The notes beneath the pieces were generated by a model that had not been told where the DNA came from, did no database searches, and saw only the letters and a program-made list of their open reading frames with translations. The position numbers and the translations under genes were made by a program. Source: an uncultured Bacteroidales bacterium (GTDB lineage: Bacteria; Bacteroidota; Bacteroidia; Bacteroidales; Bacteroidaceae). Taken from it: 64,000 nt of DNA. Numbering within the stretch: position 1 is the stretch's first letter; the number at the start of each line of letters is the position of its first letter. Location: contig CACZXN010000002.1 of NCBI GenBank assembly GCA_902785075.1, forward strand, positions 22,991 to 86,990, read 5' to 3'. This document shows positions 10,271 to 20,117 of this stretch, in pieces.

Positions 10271-11308
10271 ATGAAACCTAAAAAACATTATCTTTTCCCT
10301 TCTGATTACATGGCCGATCCTGCGGCACACGTGTTTAATGGTAAAATCTACATCTACCCTTCTCATGACTGGGAGGCTGGTGCAGAAGAAGATGACGATG
10401 GTGGTCACTTCCAGATGAAAGACTATCATGCATTATTACTCGAGGATCCTGAGAACGGAGAGGCAACGGACCTTGGTGTCATCTTTGACGTAAAAGATGT
10501 TCCATGGGCAGAAAAGCAGCTATGGGATAGCGATGTCGTTGAAAAGAACGGCAAGTATTATTATGTATTCTCTGGAAAGGGCTACGATGGTGTATTCCGT
10601 CTTGGAGTTGCTGTAGCCGACAAACCCGAAGGTCCTTTCGTTCCAGAAGCTCAGCCTATACGCGGTTCTTTCAGTATTGACCCTTGTGTTTTCAAGGATG
10701 ATGATGGTACCATCTACACCTATTTTGGTGGACTTTGGGGCGGACAGCTCCAATGGTGGCAGCCATATGCTCCAGGTTTTGCACCTATCACTGGCAAGCA
10801 CGGTGATGAAAATGGACTCACAGATATGGGGTCTGCTCCGACTCGTAAAGATGAACTCTTTGCACAGCCCGATGCTCCTGCTCTGCCAAGTTTCGTAGCG
10901 AAGATGAGTGATGATATGCTTCAGTTTGCAGAAGCACCACGTAGAGTTGTTGTTATTGACAAGGATGGTCAACCGCTGAAAGTCAGCGACCCACATCGTT
11001 TCTTCGAAGCAAGTTGGGTATTCAAGAAGAACGGAAAATACTATTTCACCTACTCTACAGGTGATAGTCATTTCCTATGCTATGCAATTGGTGACAATCC
11101 TTATGGCCCATTCACTTATCAGGGTATCATCATGACTCCAGTTGTTGGATGGACAACCCACCATTGTATCCTAGAGTACAAAGGCAAGTGGTATCTCTTC
11201 CATCACGATTGTGTTCCATCTGATGGCAAAACATGGCTTCGTTCATTGAAGATTTGTGAACTGGAATTTGATGGAGATTTGATTAAGACTATCGATGGTA
11301 TTGACTAA
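10271..11308 (+). CDS. GH43 beta-xylosidase/alpha-L-arabinofuranosidase, no signal peptide
   Basis: 345 aa. N-terminal ADPAAHVFNGKIYIYPSHD (GH43 catalytic Asp context). Repeated five-bladed propeller W/Y-rich blades. No signal peptide. Confidence 0.8.
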   Translation: MKPKKHYLFPSDYMADPAAHVFNGKIYIYPSHDWEAGAEEDDDGGHFQMKDYHALLLEDPENGEATDLGVIFDVKDVPWAEKQLWDSDVVEKNGKYYYVFSGKGYDGVFRLGVAVADKPEGPFVPEAQPIRGSFSIDPCVFKDDDGTIYTYFGGLWGGQLQWWQPYAPGFAPITGKHGDENGLTDMGSAPTRKDELFAQPDAPALPSFVAKMSDDMLQFAEAPRRVVVIDKDGQPLKVSDPHRFFEASWVFKKNGKYYFTYSTGDSHFLCYAIGDNPYGPFTYQGIIMTPVVGWTTHHCILEYKGKWYLFHHDCVPSDGKTWLRSLKICELEFDGDLIKTIDGID

Positions 11309-11309
11309 T

Positions 11310-13358
11310 ATGATAAAGTGTTATAAAAGGGTGGCAATCGCCACCCTCTTGGTTTTACAGGTAATTGGTGCACATGCCATCGATGGGTATGATTTATGGC
11401 TAAGAATGCCTTTGGTGACAGATGGAGCTAAAGTGACAATCGATAATCCTCAAATCCCTGAAACAGCTAATTTCGCCCCGCAGTTTGCCCCTATTGTCAT
11501 CTCACGTAGTGAGTTGAATACCTTTCTCCATAACACAGGTAGGGAGGTACATCTTGCCATCGATGCCAAAGCTCCTGCAAACGACGGTTTTACTATCAAA
11601 TATGGAGCAAACCGTATTGACATCAAGTCAGCATCAGCTGTTGGCGTGCTTTATGGTGCTTACCATCTGCTTCGTCTTCAGCAGACAGGACACCTGCCTA
11701 AGAATGGGCAGACCATTAAGGAGATACCTATGTCCAAATACCGTCTCCTCAACCACTGGGATAACCTTAACGGTACCATCGAACGTGGTTTTGCCGGTCG
11801 TTCCATCTTTTGGAGCAGCAAAGGAGATATAGTTGATGAGAATAGTGCACGGATTCAATTGTATGCACGTGCCAATGCTTCAATCGGTATTAACGGTACC
11901 GTTCTCAACAATGTGAATGCCAGTCCTCAGATGTTGACCTCCGAACGTCTTGATCAGGTCAGGCGAATTGCCCGTATTCTTGCCCCTTATGGTATTAAGG
12001 TATATCTCTCTGTCAACTTTGCGTCACCCAGGGCATTGGGCGATGTATCGACAGCCGACCCTCTTGACCCAGATGTAATCCGTTGGTGGAAGAACAAGGT
12101 GAAGGAAATCTATGATGCTATCCCCAATTTCGGTGGATTCCTCGTCAAGGCCAATAGTGAGGGTGAGCCAGGGCCACAGGACTTTGGACGCACTCATGTC
12201 GATGGTGCCAACATGTTGGCTGATGCACTCAAGCCATATGGCGGAATTGTCATGTGGCGCGCTTTCGTTTACGCAGCAGATAGTCCAGATCGTGCAAACC
12301 AAGCTTACGATGAATTCATGCCTTTCGATGGAAAGTTCCGCGATAACGTTATTTTGCAAGTCAAGAATGGCCCTATTGATTTCCAACCACGCGAACCTGT
12401 ACATCCTTTGTTCTACTCAATGAAACATACAAAAGTGATGCCTGAGTTTCAGATTACACAGGAATACCTCGGAGAGTCTGTACACTCTGTCTACTTAGCT
12501 CCAATGTGGAAAGAAGTAACTGATGAAATCGATATGAGTATCGGTGCTGCAGGTGTTTCAAATGTTGGTGATTCCAAAAACTGGTGTGGCAACGATTTGA
12601 TACAAGCCAACTGGTACGCATACGGCCGTCTGGCATGGGACAAACGTCTTTCATCCAAACAAATAGCCGATGAATTCGTGCGTCAAACTTTCACAAAAGA
12701 TGAACAAGGTGTACAGACACTTACTGACTTGATGCTCGCCACCCACGAAGCATGCGTCAACTACATGATGCCGATGGGCATCCACCACATCTTTGCAGGT
12801 GGACACCACTATGGACCAGAGCCTTGGTATGCTCCTCGTGGAGTGAGAGTCGATTGGACACCTCCTTATTATCATAAAGCTGATGCAAATGGTATGGGAT
12901 TCGATCGTACGACAAAGGGGTCAAACAATGTATCCCAATACCCAAAGAAGTTGGCCAAATTGTTTAATAATGTGAATACATGCCCAGAGAAATATCTTCT
13001 GTGGTTCCATCATGTCGGGTGGACACAGAAACTGCCTTGTGGTGAAACCCTTTGGGATCGTCTTTGTCATAAATATGATGAAGGTGTACGTACGGCAGAA
13101 GGATTTGTTCGTACATGGGAGGTTCTCAAACCTTATATAGATGAAGAACGCTATATGGCATTGAAAATAAAGTTCGATCGTCAGGCTAAGGATGCATGGT
13201 GGTGGCGAGACGCCTGCCTGCTCTATTTCCAAACGTTCTCAAAATTGCCGTTCCCCAAAGACTGCCCACCTGCTCGTCATGACTTGCAAACCCTAATGCA
13301 ATATCATCTTAGAATGGACAACTATACAGCAGCGCCCATTGATCAACTCCCCGATTAA
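11310..13358 (+). CDS. aguA: alpha-glucuronidase, GH67
   Basis: About 682 aa counted from the ATG at 11310 (MIKCYKRVAIATLLVLQVIGAHA signal). LLNHWDNLNGTIERGFAG and FLVKANSEGEPGP blocks recalled from GH67. The ORF-track start at 11295 overlaps the GH43 stop. Confidence 0.8.
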   Translation: MIKCYKRVAIATLLVLQVIGAHAIDGYDLWLRMPLVTDGAKVTIDNPQIPETANFAPQFAPIVISRSELNTFLHNTGREVHLAIDAKAPANDGFTIKYGANRIDIKSASAVGVLYGAYHLLRLQQTGHLPKNGQTIKEIPMSKYRLLNHWDNLNGTIERGFAGRSIFWSSKGDIVDENSARIQLYARANASIGINGTVLNNVNASPQMLTSERLDQVRRIARILAPYGIKVYLSVNFASPRALGDVSTADPLDPDVIRWWKNKVKEIYDAIPNFGGFLVKANSEGEPGPQDFGRTHVDGANMLADALKPYGGIVMWRAFVYAADSPDRANQAYDEFMPFDGKFRDNVILQVKNGPIDFQPREPVHPLFYSMKHTKVMPEFQITQEYLGESVHSVYLAPMWKEVTDEIDMSIGAAGVSNVGDSKNWCGNDLIQANWYAYGRLAWDKRLSSKQIADEFVRQTFTKDEQGVQTLTDLMLATHEACVNYMMPMGIHHIFAGGHHYGPEPWYAPRGVRVDWTPPYYHKADANGMGFDRTTKGSNNVSQYPKKLAKLFNNVNTCPEKYLLWFHHVGWTQKLPCGETLWDRLCHKYDEGVRTAEGFVRTWEVLKPYIDEERYMALKIKFDRQAKDAWWWRDACLLYFQTFSKLPFPKDCPPARHDLQTLMQYHLRMDNYTAAPIDQLPD

Positions 13359-13367
13359 CAGAAATAC

Positions 13368-14684
13368 ATGGATATACGAGAATACTTCTACATCAGCATT
13401 ACACGTAGCGACGAACAAGATATTATCGAGTCCGTTAAGAAAGGAATTGTATTTAAGGGATTCAATCTCTGGGTACTAGTTTTTGCCATCTTCGTCGCAT
13501 CATTAGGACTCAATGTTAACAGTACAGCAGTCATCATCGGCGCTATGCTCATCAGTCCCCTTATGGGTCCAATTATCGGCATGGGACTTGCGGTCGGCAT
13601 CTCCGATTTCGAAATGCTAAAACGATCGTTCAAACACTACGCATTGAGTGCAGGAGTATCCGTTATCACTGCGACCATCTATTTCCTACTATCGCCTATC
13701 AACGAAGCGCAATCAGAACTCTTAGCACGCACCAGCCCAAACATCTACGATGTACTTATCGCTTTCTTTGGTGGTATGGCTGGTGTTGTTGCTATCTGTG
13801 CCAAAGAGAAAGGTAACGTCATCCCAGGTGTAGCAATCGCCACAGCATTGATGCCACCTCTCTGCACCGCAGGTTTTGGACTGGCACAAGGCGAATGGAT
13901 GTTCTTCCTTGGAGCTCTATATCTATTTTTCATCAACACCGTCTTCATCAGTCTTGCCACCTACCTAGGTATACGTTTCTTCCGTTTCCAACGTTATACA
14001 TATGTGGATAAGAAACGAGGAAAACTTGTGAATCGATACATTATGGCCATTGTCATTTTAACCATCATCCCAGCCATCTTTACAACTATCAGTATTGTAC
14101 GAGAATCGATGTTCATGAGTAGAGCCAATAGTTTTATTAACAACGAACTAAGTTTTTCTGGTACCCAAGTCATACAGCGCGATATATCATGGGGAGATAA
14201 TGCCATCAAGGTCATTCTCATAGGGAAAAAAGTACATGAAGCGAACATCGATTCTGCTCGTTCCAACCTTAGATATTACCACCTAGGTGAGACCAATCTA
14301 ACAGTTACTCAAGGATTTGATGCAGACTCACTAAACCTTCTTTCACTAGAGAATGCTTCTATCGAAGCCCTCTACAAACAGGACGAACAAACTATTGAGG
14401 AGTTAAAGTTGCGTTTGTCTAAGTTAGAGCAAGAAACAGCTTCCTACCGGAAAATTAATAGTCTGTCAGAAGTTGTCACCAAAGAATTGAATACTCTATT
14501 CCCAAATATCTTATCTGTGGCTATTGGTCAATCCATACGCAACTATACAGACAATCAAACTCCAGATACCATTTGTCAAGTACATCTCAACACAAAAGGA
14601 AAGCTTGCTGCTATAGATTACCAAAGAATTACTTCATGGCTCCAAACACGGTTAGAGACCCAACAACTCGAAGTCATTGAATAG
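13368..14684 (+). CDS. DUF389-like integral membrane protein with C-terminal soluble extension
   Basis: GAMLISPLMGPIIGMG motif and multiple TM helices, as recalled for DUF389/TIGR00341. C-terminal roughly 190 aa is hydrophilic with a coiled-coil-like stretch. Confidence 0.55.
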   Translation: MDIREYFYISITRSDEQDIIESVKKGIVFKGFNLWVLVFAIFVASLGLNVNSTAVIIGAMLISPLMGPIIGMGLAVGISDFEMLKRSFKHYALSAGVSVITATIYFLLSPINEAQSELLARTSPNIYDVLIAFFGGMAGVVAICAKEKGNVIPGVAIATALMPPLCTAGFGLAQGEWMFFLGALYLFFINTVFISLATYLGIRFFRFQRYTYVDKKRGKLVNRYIMAIVILTIIPAIFTTISIVRESMFMSRANSFINNELSFSGTQVIQRDISWGDNAIKVILIGKKVHEANIDSARSNLRYYHLGETNLTVTQGFDADSLNLLSLENASIEALYKQDEQTIEELKLRLSKLEQETASYRKINSLSEVVTKELNTLFPNILSVAIGQSIRNYTDNQTPDTICQVHLNTKGKLAAIDYQRITSWLQTRLETQQLEVIE

Positions 14685-14778
14685 TTCGTATTTCTTTCAA
14701 ATGAGGTTATAATGCAAGAATTATCAACACTAATGATTCTTTTTGCTGTTTCATATATGGTGTTTCATTAAAATTTCG

Positions 14779-14786
14779 TATCTTTG
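14779..14786 (+). promoter_or_regulatory. Bacteroidota -7 box TATCTTTG (TAnnTTTG)
   Basis: Exact match to the TAnnTTTG consensus, 22 nt upstream of the ATG at 14808. This shows the ORF-track TTG start at 14784 lies inside the promoter. Confidence 0.55.
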
Positions 14787-14807
14787 CAAATTATAAGAAA
14801 ACGGCTT

Positions 14808-15929
14808 ATGAAGATAGGTTTTGATGCAAAAAGACTATATAATAATTTTACTGGCTTAGGGAATTACAGCCGAACAACAATCGACATACTAACGGAGTAC
14901 GTCCCTCAAAACCAGTATTTATTGTATAGTCCCTCTTTAACAGAGAATCATGTTACGACACCTTATCTTCATCACAAATTGTGCAAAACTATTACACCTT
15001 CTGGTCTTCTGAAGGGAAGTCTTTGGCGAACAGTAGGATTATCTGCCGCTGGTCATCACGATGAAATAGATCTTTTTCATGGACTAAGTAATGAAATACC
15101 ATTTGGCTTATCAAGTCACAATATTCCATCTGTTGTAACAATACATGATGTAGCATTTAAAACTTTTCCTGATATGTACTATTGGCATGATCGCATCATA
15201 TATCATCAAAAGTGGAATTATGCCTGTAAACATGCTAATCGCATTATTGCTATCAGTGAGAGTACAAAGAAAGACATAATACGCTTTTATAATGTACCTG
15301 AAGAAAAAATCAGTGTAGTCTATCAACCTGTCAATCAGACATATTACACGCCAAGTGAAAATATACAGGCCACAGATTTTACTCCTTATATGTTATATGT
15401 AGGTTCTGTTAACTCTCGTAAAAACCTACTTGGAATTGTTCGGGCTATGGAACAAGTCCCTAGTGATTTACAGATTCCATTAACTATCGTTGGTAACGGA
15501 GGAACCTACAAACACAAGGTGGAAGAATATATTGAAATGCATCAAATGACTCATCTGTTTAAATGGGTCTCTGCCATAGATAGTGCTCAATTGCAACAAC
15601 TATATGCAAACGCAGCTGTGTTTCTTTATCCGTCATTTTACGAAGGATTTGGCTTGCCAGTCGTTGAGGCGCTCCTTTCTTGTTGCCCTGTTATCACGAG
15701 CAATATCAGCAGTCTGCCAGAAGCAGGCGGTCCTTCTACCCTTTATGTGAACCCTTATGACGTTGAAGATATTCGCAACAGTATTGTTAACGTACTTACT
15801 GATACTACATTGCGAAACAAGATGACTCACGATGGATACCAATATGCAATGAATAAGTTTCACCCAGAAACATTAGCGCATCAGTTATCGGAAGTGTATA
15901 AAAAGACTATCAATGAATATAACAATTGA
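14808..15929 (+). CDS. glycosyltransferase family 4 (GT-B)
   Basis: C-terminal EGFGLPVVEA (E-x7-E) motif. About 373 aa counted from MKIGFDAKRLYNNFTGLGNY. Confidence 0.8.
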   Translation: MKIGFDAKRLYNNFTGLGNYSRTTIDILTEYVPQNQYLLYSPSLTENHVTTPYLHHKLCKTITPSGLLKGSLWRTVGLSAAGHHDEIDLFHGLSNEIPFGLSSHNIPSVVTIHDVAFKTFPDMYYWHDRIIYHQKWNYACKHANRIIAISESTKKDIIRFYNVPEEKISVVYQPVNQTYYTPSENIQATDFTPYMLYVGSVNSRKNLLGIVRAMEQVPSDLQIPLTIVGNGGTYKHKVEEYIEMHQMTHLFKWVSAIDSAQLQQLYANAAVFLYPSFYEGFGLPVVEALLSCCPVITSNISSLPEAGGPSTLYVNPYDVEDIRNSIVNVLTDTTLRNKMTHDGYQYAMNKFHPETLAHQLSEVYKKTINEYNN

Positions 15930-15946
15930 TAGAAACATCTAAATGA

Positions 15947-17275
15947 ATGTATATAAATGATAATATGGCAAAAAAAGTGTATTTAGGCATGATTGGTGAT
16001 ATCATGCATCCAGGACTAATTAACATCATCAATGAAGGTGCGAAATATGGTGACGTGATTATTGGTCTGTTTACAGACAAAGCAATTGCGAATCATAGGC
16101 GACTACCATACCTCACATGGGAACAGCGCAAAACTGTAATCGAACATATTATAGGAGTATCATCTGTCGTCCCTCAAGATGAGTGGAGTTATGTAGAAAA
16201 CCTAAAGCGGTACAAACCGGATTATATTATTCATGGAGACGACTGGCAATACGGACCTGATAAATATATCCGCGATGAGGTATTCAAAACCATGGAGCGT
16301 CTCGGTGGTGAAGTAATTGAAATACCCTATACAAAAGGAATATCAGATTCTAGTTTGAAAGAAGAGATTGACGCTTTAGGAGTTACCCCACAGGCACGAC
16401 TATCCTCACTTCGACGATTGATTTCTGCCAAACCTGTTGTTCGCATTCTAGAATCCCACAATGGTCTCACAGGTCTTATTGCAGAACATACCTCAGTTGA
16501 AGTCAATGGTCAACATCGTGAATTCGATGGTATGTGGGCTAGTTCTTTAACAGACTCTACATCTAAAGGAAAGCCCGACATCGAAGCAGTTGACCTCACT
16601 ACCCGTCTACACGATTTAAATGACACATTGGAGGTAACAACTAAACCTTTTATCTTCGATGGCGATACTGGTGGAAAAATTGAGCATTTCGGTTTTACAG
16701 TACGAACATTGGAACGCTTGGGTATATCTGCTGTCATTATTGAAGATAAGGTAGGCTTAAAGCAGAATTCACTCTTTGGTACAGATGCTATTCAAACACA
16801 AGACACCATCGAAGGATTTTGTAATAAAATCAAAGCGGGCAAAGAATCTCAGATTACTAGAGACTTTATGATTATTTCTCGTTGTGAATCACTCATTGCA
16901 GGCAAATCCGTGGATGATGCCCTTGAACGTTGCCTCGCTTATGTGGCTGCAGGTGCTGATGGTGTGATGATTCATAGTAAGAACAAAAGTGGAGAAGACA
17001 TTAAAGAGTTCTGCTTGCGTTTCCGTGAGAAGGACCCCCATACGCCTATTGTGGCAGTTCCTACCACCTATAATCAATTCACTGAAGAGGAATTAGCTAC
17101 ATGGGGTATAAACGTTGTCATCTATGCCAATCACATGCTACGTAGCGCCTATCCAGCAATGGTAAAGTGTGCCGAAACCATATTGGAAACCTCTCGCAGT
17201 CTTGAGGCATCTGATAAGTATTGTATGCCTATCAAACAAATATTGAATTTAATTCCAGGAACAAAGAAAAAATAA
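15947..17275 (+). CDS. aepX: phosphoenolpyruvate phosphomutase with N-terminal cytidylyltransferase-like domain
   Basis: PepM signature EDKxxxxxNS present as IIEDKVGLKQNSL. N-terminal roughly 130 aa is a TagD-like nucleotidyltransferase fold (VYLGMIGDIMHPGLINII). Alternative start at 15965 (MAKKVYLG). Confidence 0.85.
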   Translation: MYINDNMAKKVYLGMIGDIMHPGLINIINEGAKYGDVIIGLFTDKAIANHRRLPYLTWEQRKTVIEHIIGVSSVVPQDEWSYVENLKRYKPDYIIHGDDWQYGPDKYIRDEVFKTMERLGGEVIEIPYTKGISDSSLKEEIDALGVTPQARLSSLRRLISAKPVVRILESHNGLTGLIAEHTSVEVNGQHREFDGMWASSLTDSTSKGKPDIEAVDLTTRLHDLNDTLEVTTKPFIFDGDTGGKIEHFGFTVRTLERLGISAVIIEDKVGLKQNSLFGTDAIQTQDTIEGFCNKIKAGKESQITRDFMIISRCESLIAGKSVDDALERCLAYVAAGADGVMIHSKNKSGEDIKEFCLRFREKDPHTPIVAVPTTYNQFTEEELATWGINVVIYANHMLRSAYPAMVKCAETILETSRSLEASDKYCMPIKQILNLIPGTKKK

Positions 17276-17277
17276 AT

Positions 17278-18414
17278 ATGATTAGACCGTCATTCTTTTA
17301 TGATACCCTAAAAAGCTATGGTATAGATTTCTATACAGGTGTCCCAGATTCCCTCTTGAAGAATCTTTGTGCTTATATTACCGATCATGCAGATGCTACC
17401 CATCATGTAATTGCAGCCAATGAGGGTGGTGCTATGGGTTTAGCGGCTGGTCATTATTTAGCCACTAACCACATACCTGTTGTCTATATGCAAAACTCAG
17501 GACAAGGAAACACAATCAATCCACTTGCTTCTTTAACAGATCCTGATGTTTACCACATTCCCGTTCTACTCGTTATCGGTTGGCGAGGAAAGCCCGGTAT
17601 TCACGATGAGCCCCAACATGTAAAACAGGGAAAAGTAACAACAGGGTTGCTCAATTTGATGGGTATTGATTATACAGTTCTCGCGAAGGAAGAAGAAAAG
17701 GCTGCCATACAGATTCAAAAAGCTGTGCAGTATATGCAAAACACCAATAACTGTTATGCTTTGGTGATTGAAAAAGACACATTCGATGCTTATACACTTC
17801 AAAATAGCATTAACAATTCCTTAACTCTTTCACGAGAGGAAGCAATCGAGACAGTCGTAGAAACATTGCAACCCACAGCAACTGTAGTTTCAACAACAGG
17901 CATGATTTCTCGTGAATTATTTGAGATTCGGGAAAAGAGAGCCGAAGGGCACCAATGTGATTTTCTTACGGTAGGTTCTATGGGGCATGCTTCTCAGATC
18001 GCTTTAGGTATTGCTCTGGAAAAGCCAGATCGTCATATTTGGTGCTTTGATGGCGATGGTGCCAGTATCATGCACATGGGTAACATGGCAATTGTAGCAC
18101 AAAAAGCACCTAAGAATTATATACATGTAATTTTTAATAATGGAGCACATGATTCTGTAGGAGGCCAACCAACAGTTGGTCTTTCCATTGATTTTCCTGC
18201 TATTGCAAAAGCAATAGGATACAAGGCTACTTTCTGCGTAAGTGATAAAGAGGAGTTGAAAAAGGCACTCTCGATTATCAATACATCCTCTTCGTCCCTA
18301 GAAGGACCTATTTTCTTAGAGGTTAAAGTTAAAAAGGGTAATAGAAAAGACTTAGGGCGCCCAACAACCACTCCAGAACAGAACAAAGAGGCTCTTATGT
18401 CTTTCTTGAAATAA
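17278..18414 (+). CDS. aepY: phosphonopyruvate decarboxylase (ThDP-dependent)
   Basis: ThDP motif GDGASIMHMGN...NNGAHDS. Lies immediately after PEP mutase, 2-nt gap. The ORF-track start at 17221 overlaps aepX; the ATG at 17278 (MIRPSFFYD) is preferred. Confidence 0.85.
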   Translation: MIRPSFFYDTLKSYGIDFYTGVPDSLLKNLCAYITDHADATHHVIAANEGGAMGLAAGHYLATNHIPVVYMQNSGQGNTINPLASLTDPDVYHIPVLLVIGWRGKPGIHDEPQHVKQGKVTTGLLNLMGIDYTVLAKEEEKAAIQIQKAVQYMQNTNNCYALVIEKDTFDAYTLQNSINNSLTLSREEAIETVVETLQPTATVVSTTGMISRELFEIREKRAEGHQCDFLTVGSMGHASQIALGIALEKPDRHIWCFDGDGASIMHMGNMAIVAQKAPKNYIHVIFNNGAHDSVGGQPTVGLSIDFPAIAKAIGYKATFCVSDKEELKKALSIINTSSSSLEGPIFLEVKVKKGNRKDLGRPTTTPEQNKEALMSFLK

Positions 18415-18444
18415 ATAGTCAACAATCATATTGAAAGCAATAGT

Positions 18445-19167
18445 ATGAAAGTAAAGACGGCTGTAATTATGGCAGCAGGTATGGGAACACGTTTCGGTAA
18501 TATGACCGAAAAGATGCCAAAAGGTTTTATCCCATTTAAAGGCAAACCAATGATAGTACGTAGCATTGAGACATTGATTTCATGTGGGATTGAACGAATC
18601 ATTATTGGTACAGGCTATAAAAAAGAAGCATACGAAGAATTAGCCCAAAGATATACACAAATACAATGTGTATTTTCTCCCCTCTATGCTGAGACAAACA
18701 GCATGTACACACTCTACAATAACAGGGAGGCAATAGGTAATGATGACTTTCTGCTATTAGAGTCTGATTTAGTATTTGAAAAAAAGGCAATTCTTGAGCT
18801 GATTAATTGTCCCTTTTCGTCTGCAATGTTAATTACACCAGTAACTAAATTCCAAGACCAATATTATGTAGAGATGAACAATCGATGTGAACTTATCAAT
18901 TGTTCAACAAACAAAGACAGCATTACACCATCAGGAGAACTTGTTGGTATTCACAAACTTAGTAATAGTTTCTATAAAACTTGCATTTCTGAATATGCAA
19001 AACAATTAATAGAGAAACCAAAGTTAGGTTACGAATATCAATTGCTCTACGTCTCACAGAACATTACTCCAATGCATGTTCTTCGATTAGACTCTCTACA
19101 ATGGTATGAAATCGATGATATAAACGACCTGCGTTATGCAGAACAAAATGTGGAAATCGACTTATGA
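18445..19167 (+). CDS. LicC-like nucleotidyltransferase (candidate AEP/phosphocholine cytidylyltransferase)
   Basis: N-terminal AVIMAAGMGTRFG (GxGTR) NTP-transferase motif. 240 aa. Position directly after aepXY. Confidence 0.7.
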   Translation: MKVKTAVIMAAGMGTRFGNMTEKMPKGFIPFKGKPMIVRSIETLISCGIERIIIGTGYKKEAYEELAQRYTQIQCVFSPLYAETNSMYTLYNNREAIGNDDFLLLESDLVFEKKAILELINCPFSSAMLITPVTKFQDQYYVEMNNRCELINCSTNKDSITPSGELVGIHKLSNSFYKTCISEYAKQLIEKPKLGYEYQLLYVSQNITPMHVLRLDSLQWYEIDDINDLRYAEQNVEIDL

Positions 19168-20117
19168 ACTTACTCTTAGACAAAGATCTCACAGCATGTA
19201 AAGAGATACTACTCCAGTCACTTCAACAGGAAAGCAACCCACTCCTCGGTCAGGTATTGGATTTAGTAAAAACTCGAACAGGTAAGATGATGCGCCCACA
19301 AATGGTGCTGCTGTCAGCAAAACTATTTGGCTCCGTTACTCCTGCAGTTTATGCAGTAGCTGTAGCTTTTGAAGCGCTCCACACCGCCAGTTTGATACAT
19401 GACGATGTTGTGGATGAGAGTGATGAACGTAGGGGTCAAGAGTCTGTCAATTATGCTCAGACCAATCGTGTGGCTATTCTTTCTGGGGATTATATCTTGG
19501 GTGAAGCACTCCGGCTAATTGCCTCTGTTAATGATCCTCGGATTGTACTACTCATGTCAAAAGCTTCAAAAGCATTAGCAGACGGAGAATTGCTGCAACT
19601 TCATACCATTCAGTCAGAAGACTTATCTGAGGCAACTTATATGCATGTTATCACCAACAAAACAGCTGTGCTCTTTGCTTCTTGTGCTGCATCTGGAGCC
19701 ACCCTTGTTGGAGCCACACAAGCTGATATTAATAATATCTATCGATTTGCAGAACAAGTAGGGTTGTGCTTCCAAATAAAAGACGACATTCTGGATTTTG
19801 TTGGTGGTGATATTGGGAAACCCCAAGGAAATGATCTCAAAGAAGGGAAAATTACGCTACCTTTACTCTATGCACTTCAAGGACACGAGCAAGAAATGAA
19901 ACCACTTATTCGCTCTGTAAAGGAGGGCACAACAACTCCAGAGGACATCAGCTATCTTATCAATTTTACACAAGAGAATGGTGGAATTGACTATGCAGAA
20001 TCTGTTATGAACAAAATTGCCAATCAAGCTCGACAACTTCTTGATAAATATCCCGAAAGCCCAGTGAAGGTTGCACTCAACGAATATGTCGACTATGTCA
20101 TTGAACGGAAGAAATAG
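19164..20117 (+). CDS. trans-polyprenyl diphosphate synthase
   Basis: FARM LIHDDVVDESDERRG and SARM KDDILDF motifs. ATGA overlap with the preceding NTase gene. Confidence 0.85.
   Translation: MNLLLDKDLTACKEILLQSLQQESNPLLGQVLDLVKTRTGKMMRPQMVLLSAKLFGSVTPAVYAVAVAFEALHTASLIHDDVVDESDERRGQESVNYAQTNRVAILSGDYILGEALRLIASVNDPRIVLLMSKASKALADGELLQLHTIQSEDLSEATYMHVITNKTAVLFASCAASGATLVGATQADINNIYRFAEQVGLCFQIKDDILDFVGGDIGKPQGNDLKEGKITLPLLYALQGHEQEMKPLIRSVKEGTTTPEDISYLINFTQENGGIDYAESVMNKIANQARQLLDKYPESPVKVALNEYVDYVIERKK

Noticed and set aside
10520-11071. 183-aa antisense ORF inside the GH43 gene, plus similar 60-140-aa internal or antisense ORFs throughout the track
   Set aside because: They overlap confidently assigned genes, lack promoter and terminator context, and show no recognisable motifs.
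7644-13358. Calling the xylan genes a complete polysaccharide utilisation locus
   Set aside because: No SusC-like TonB-dependent transporter, SusD-like protein or regulator is adjacent in this window.
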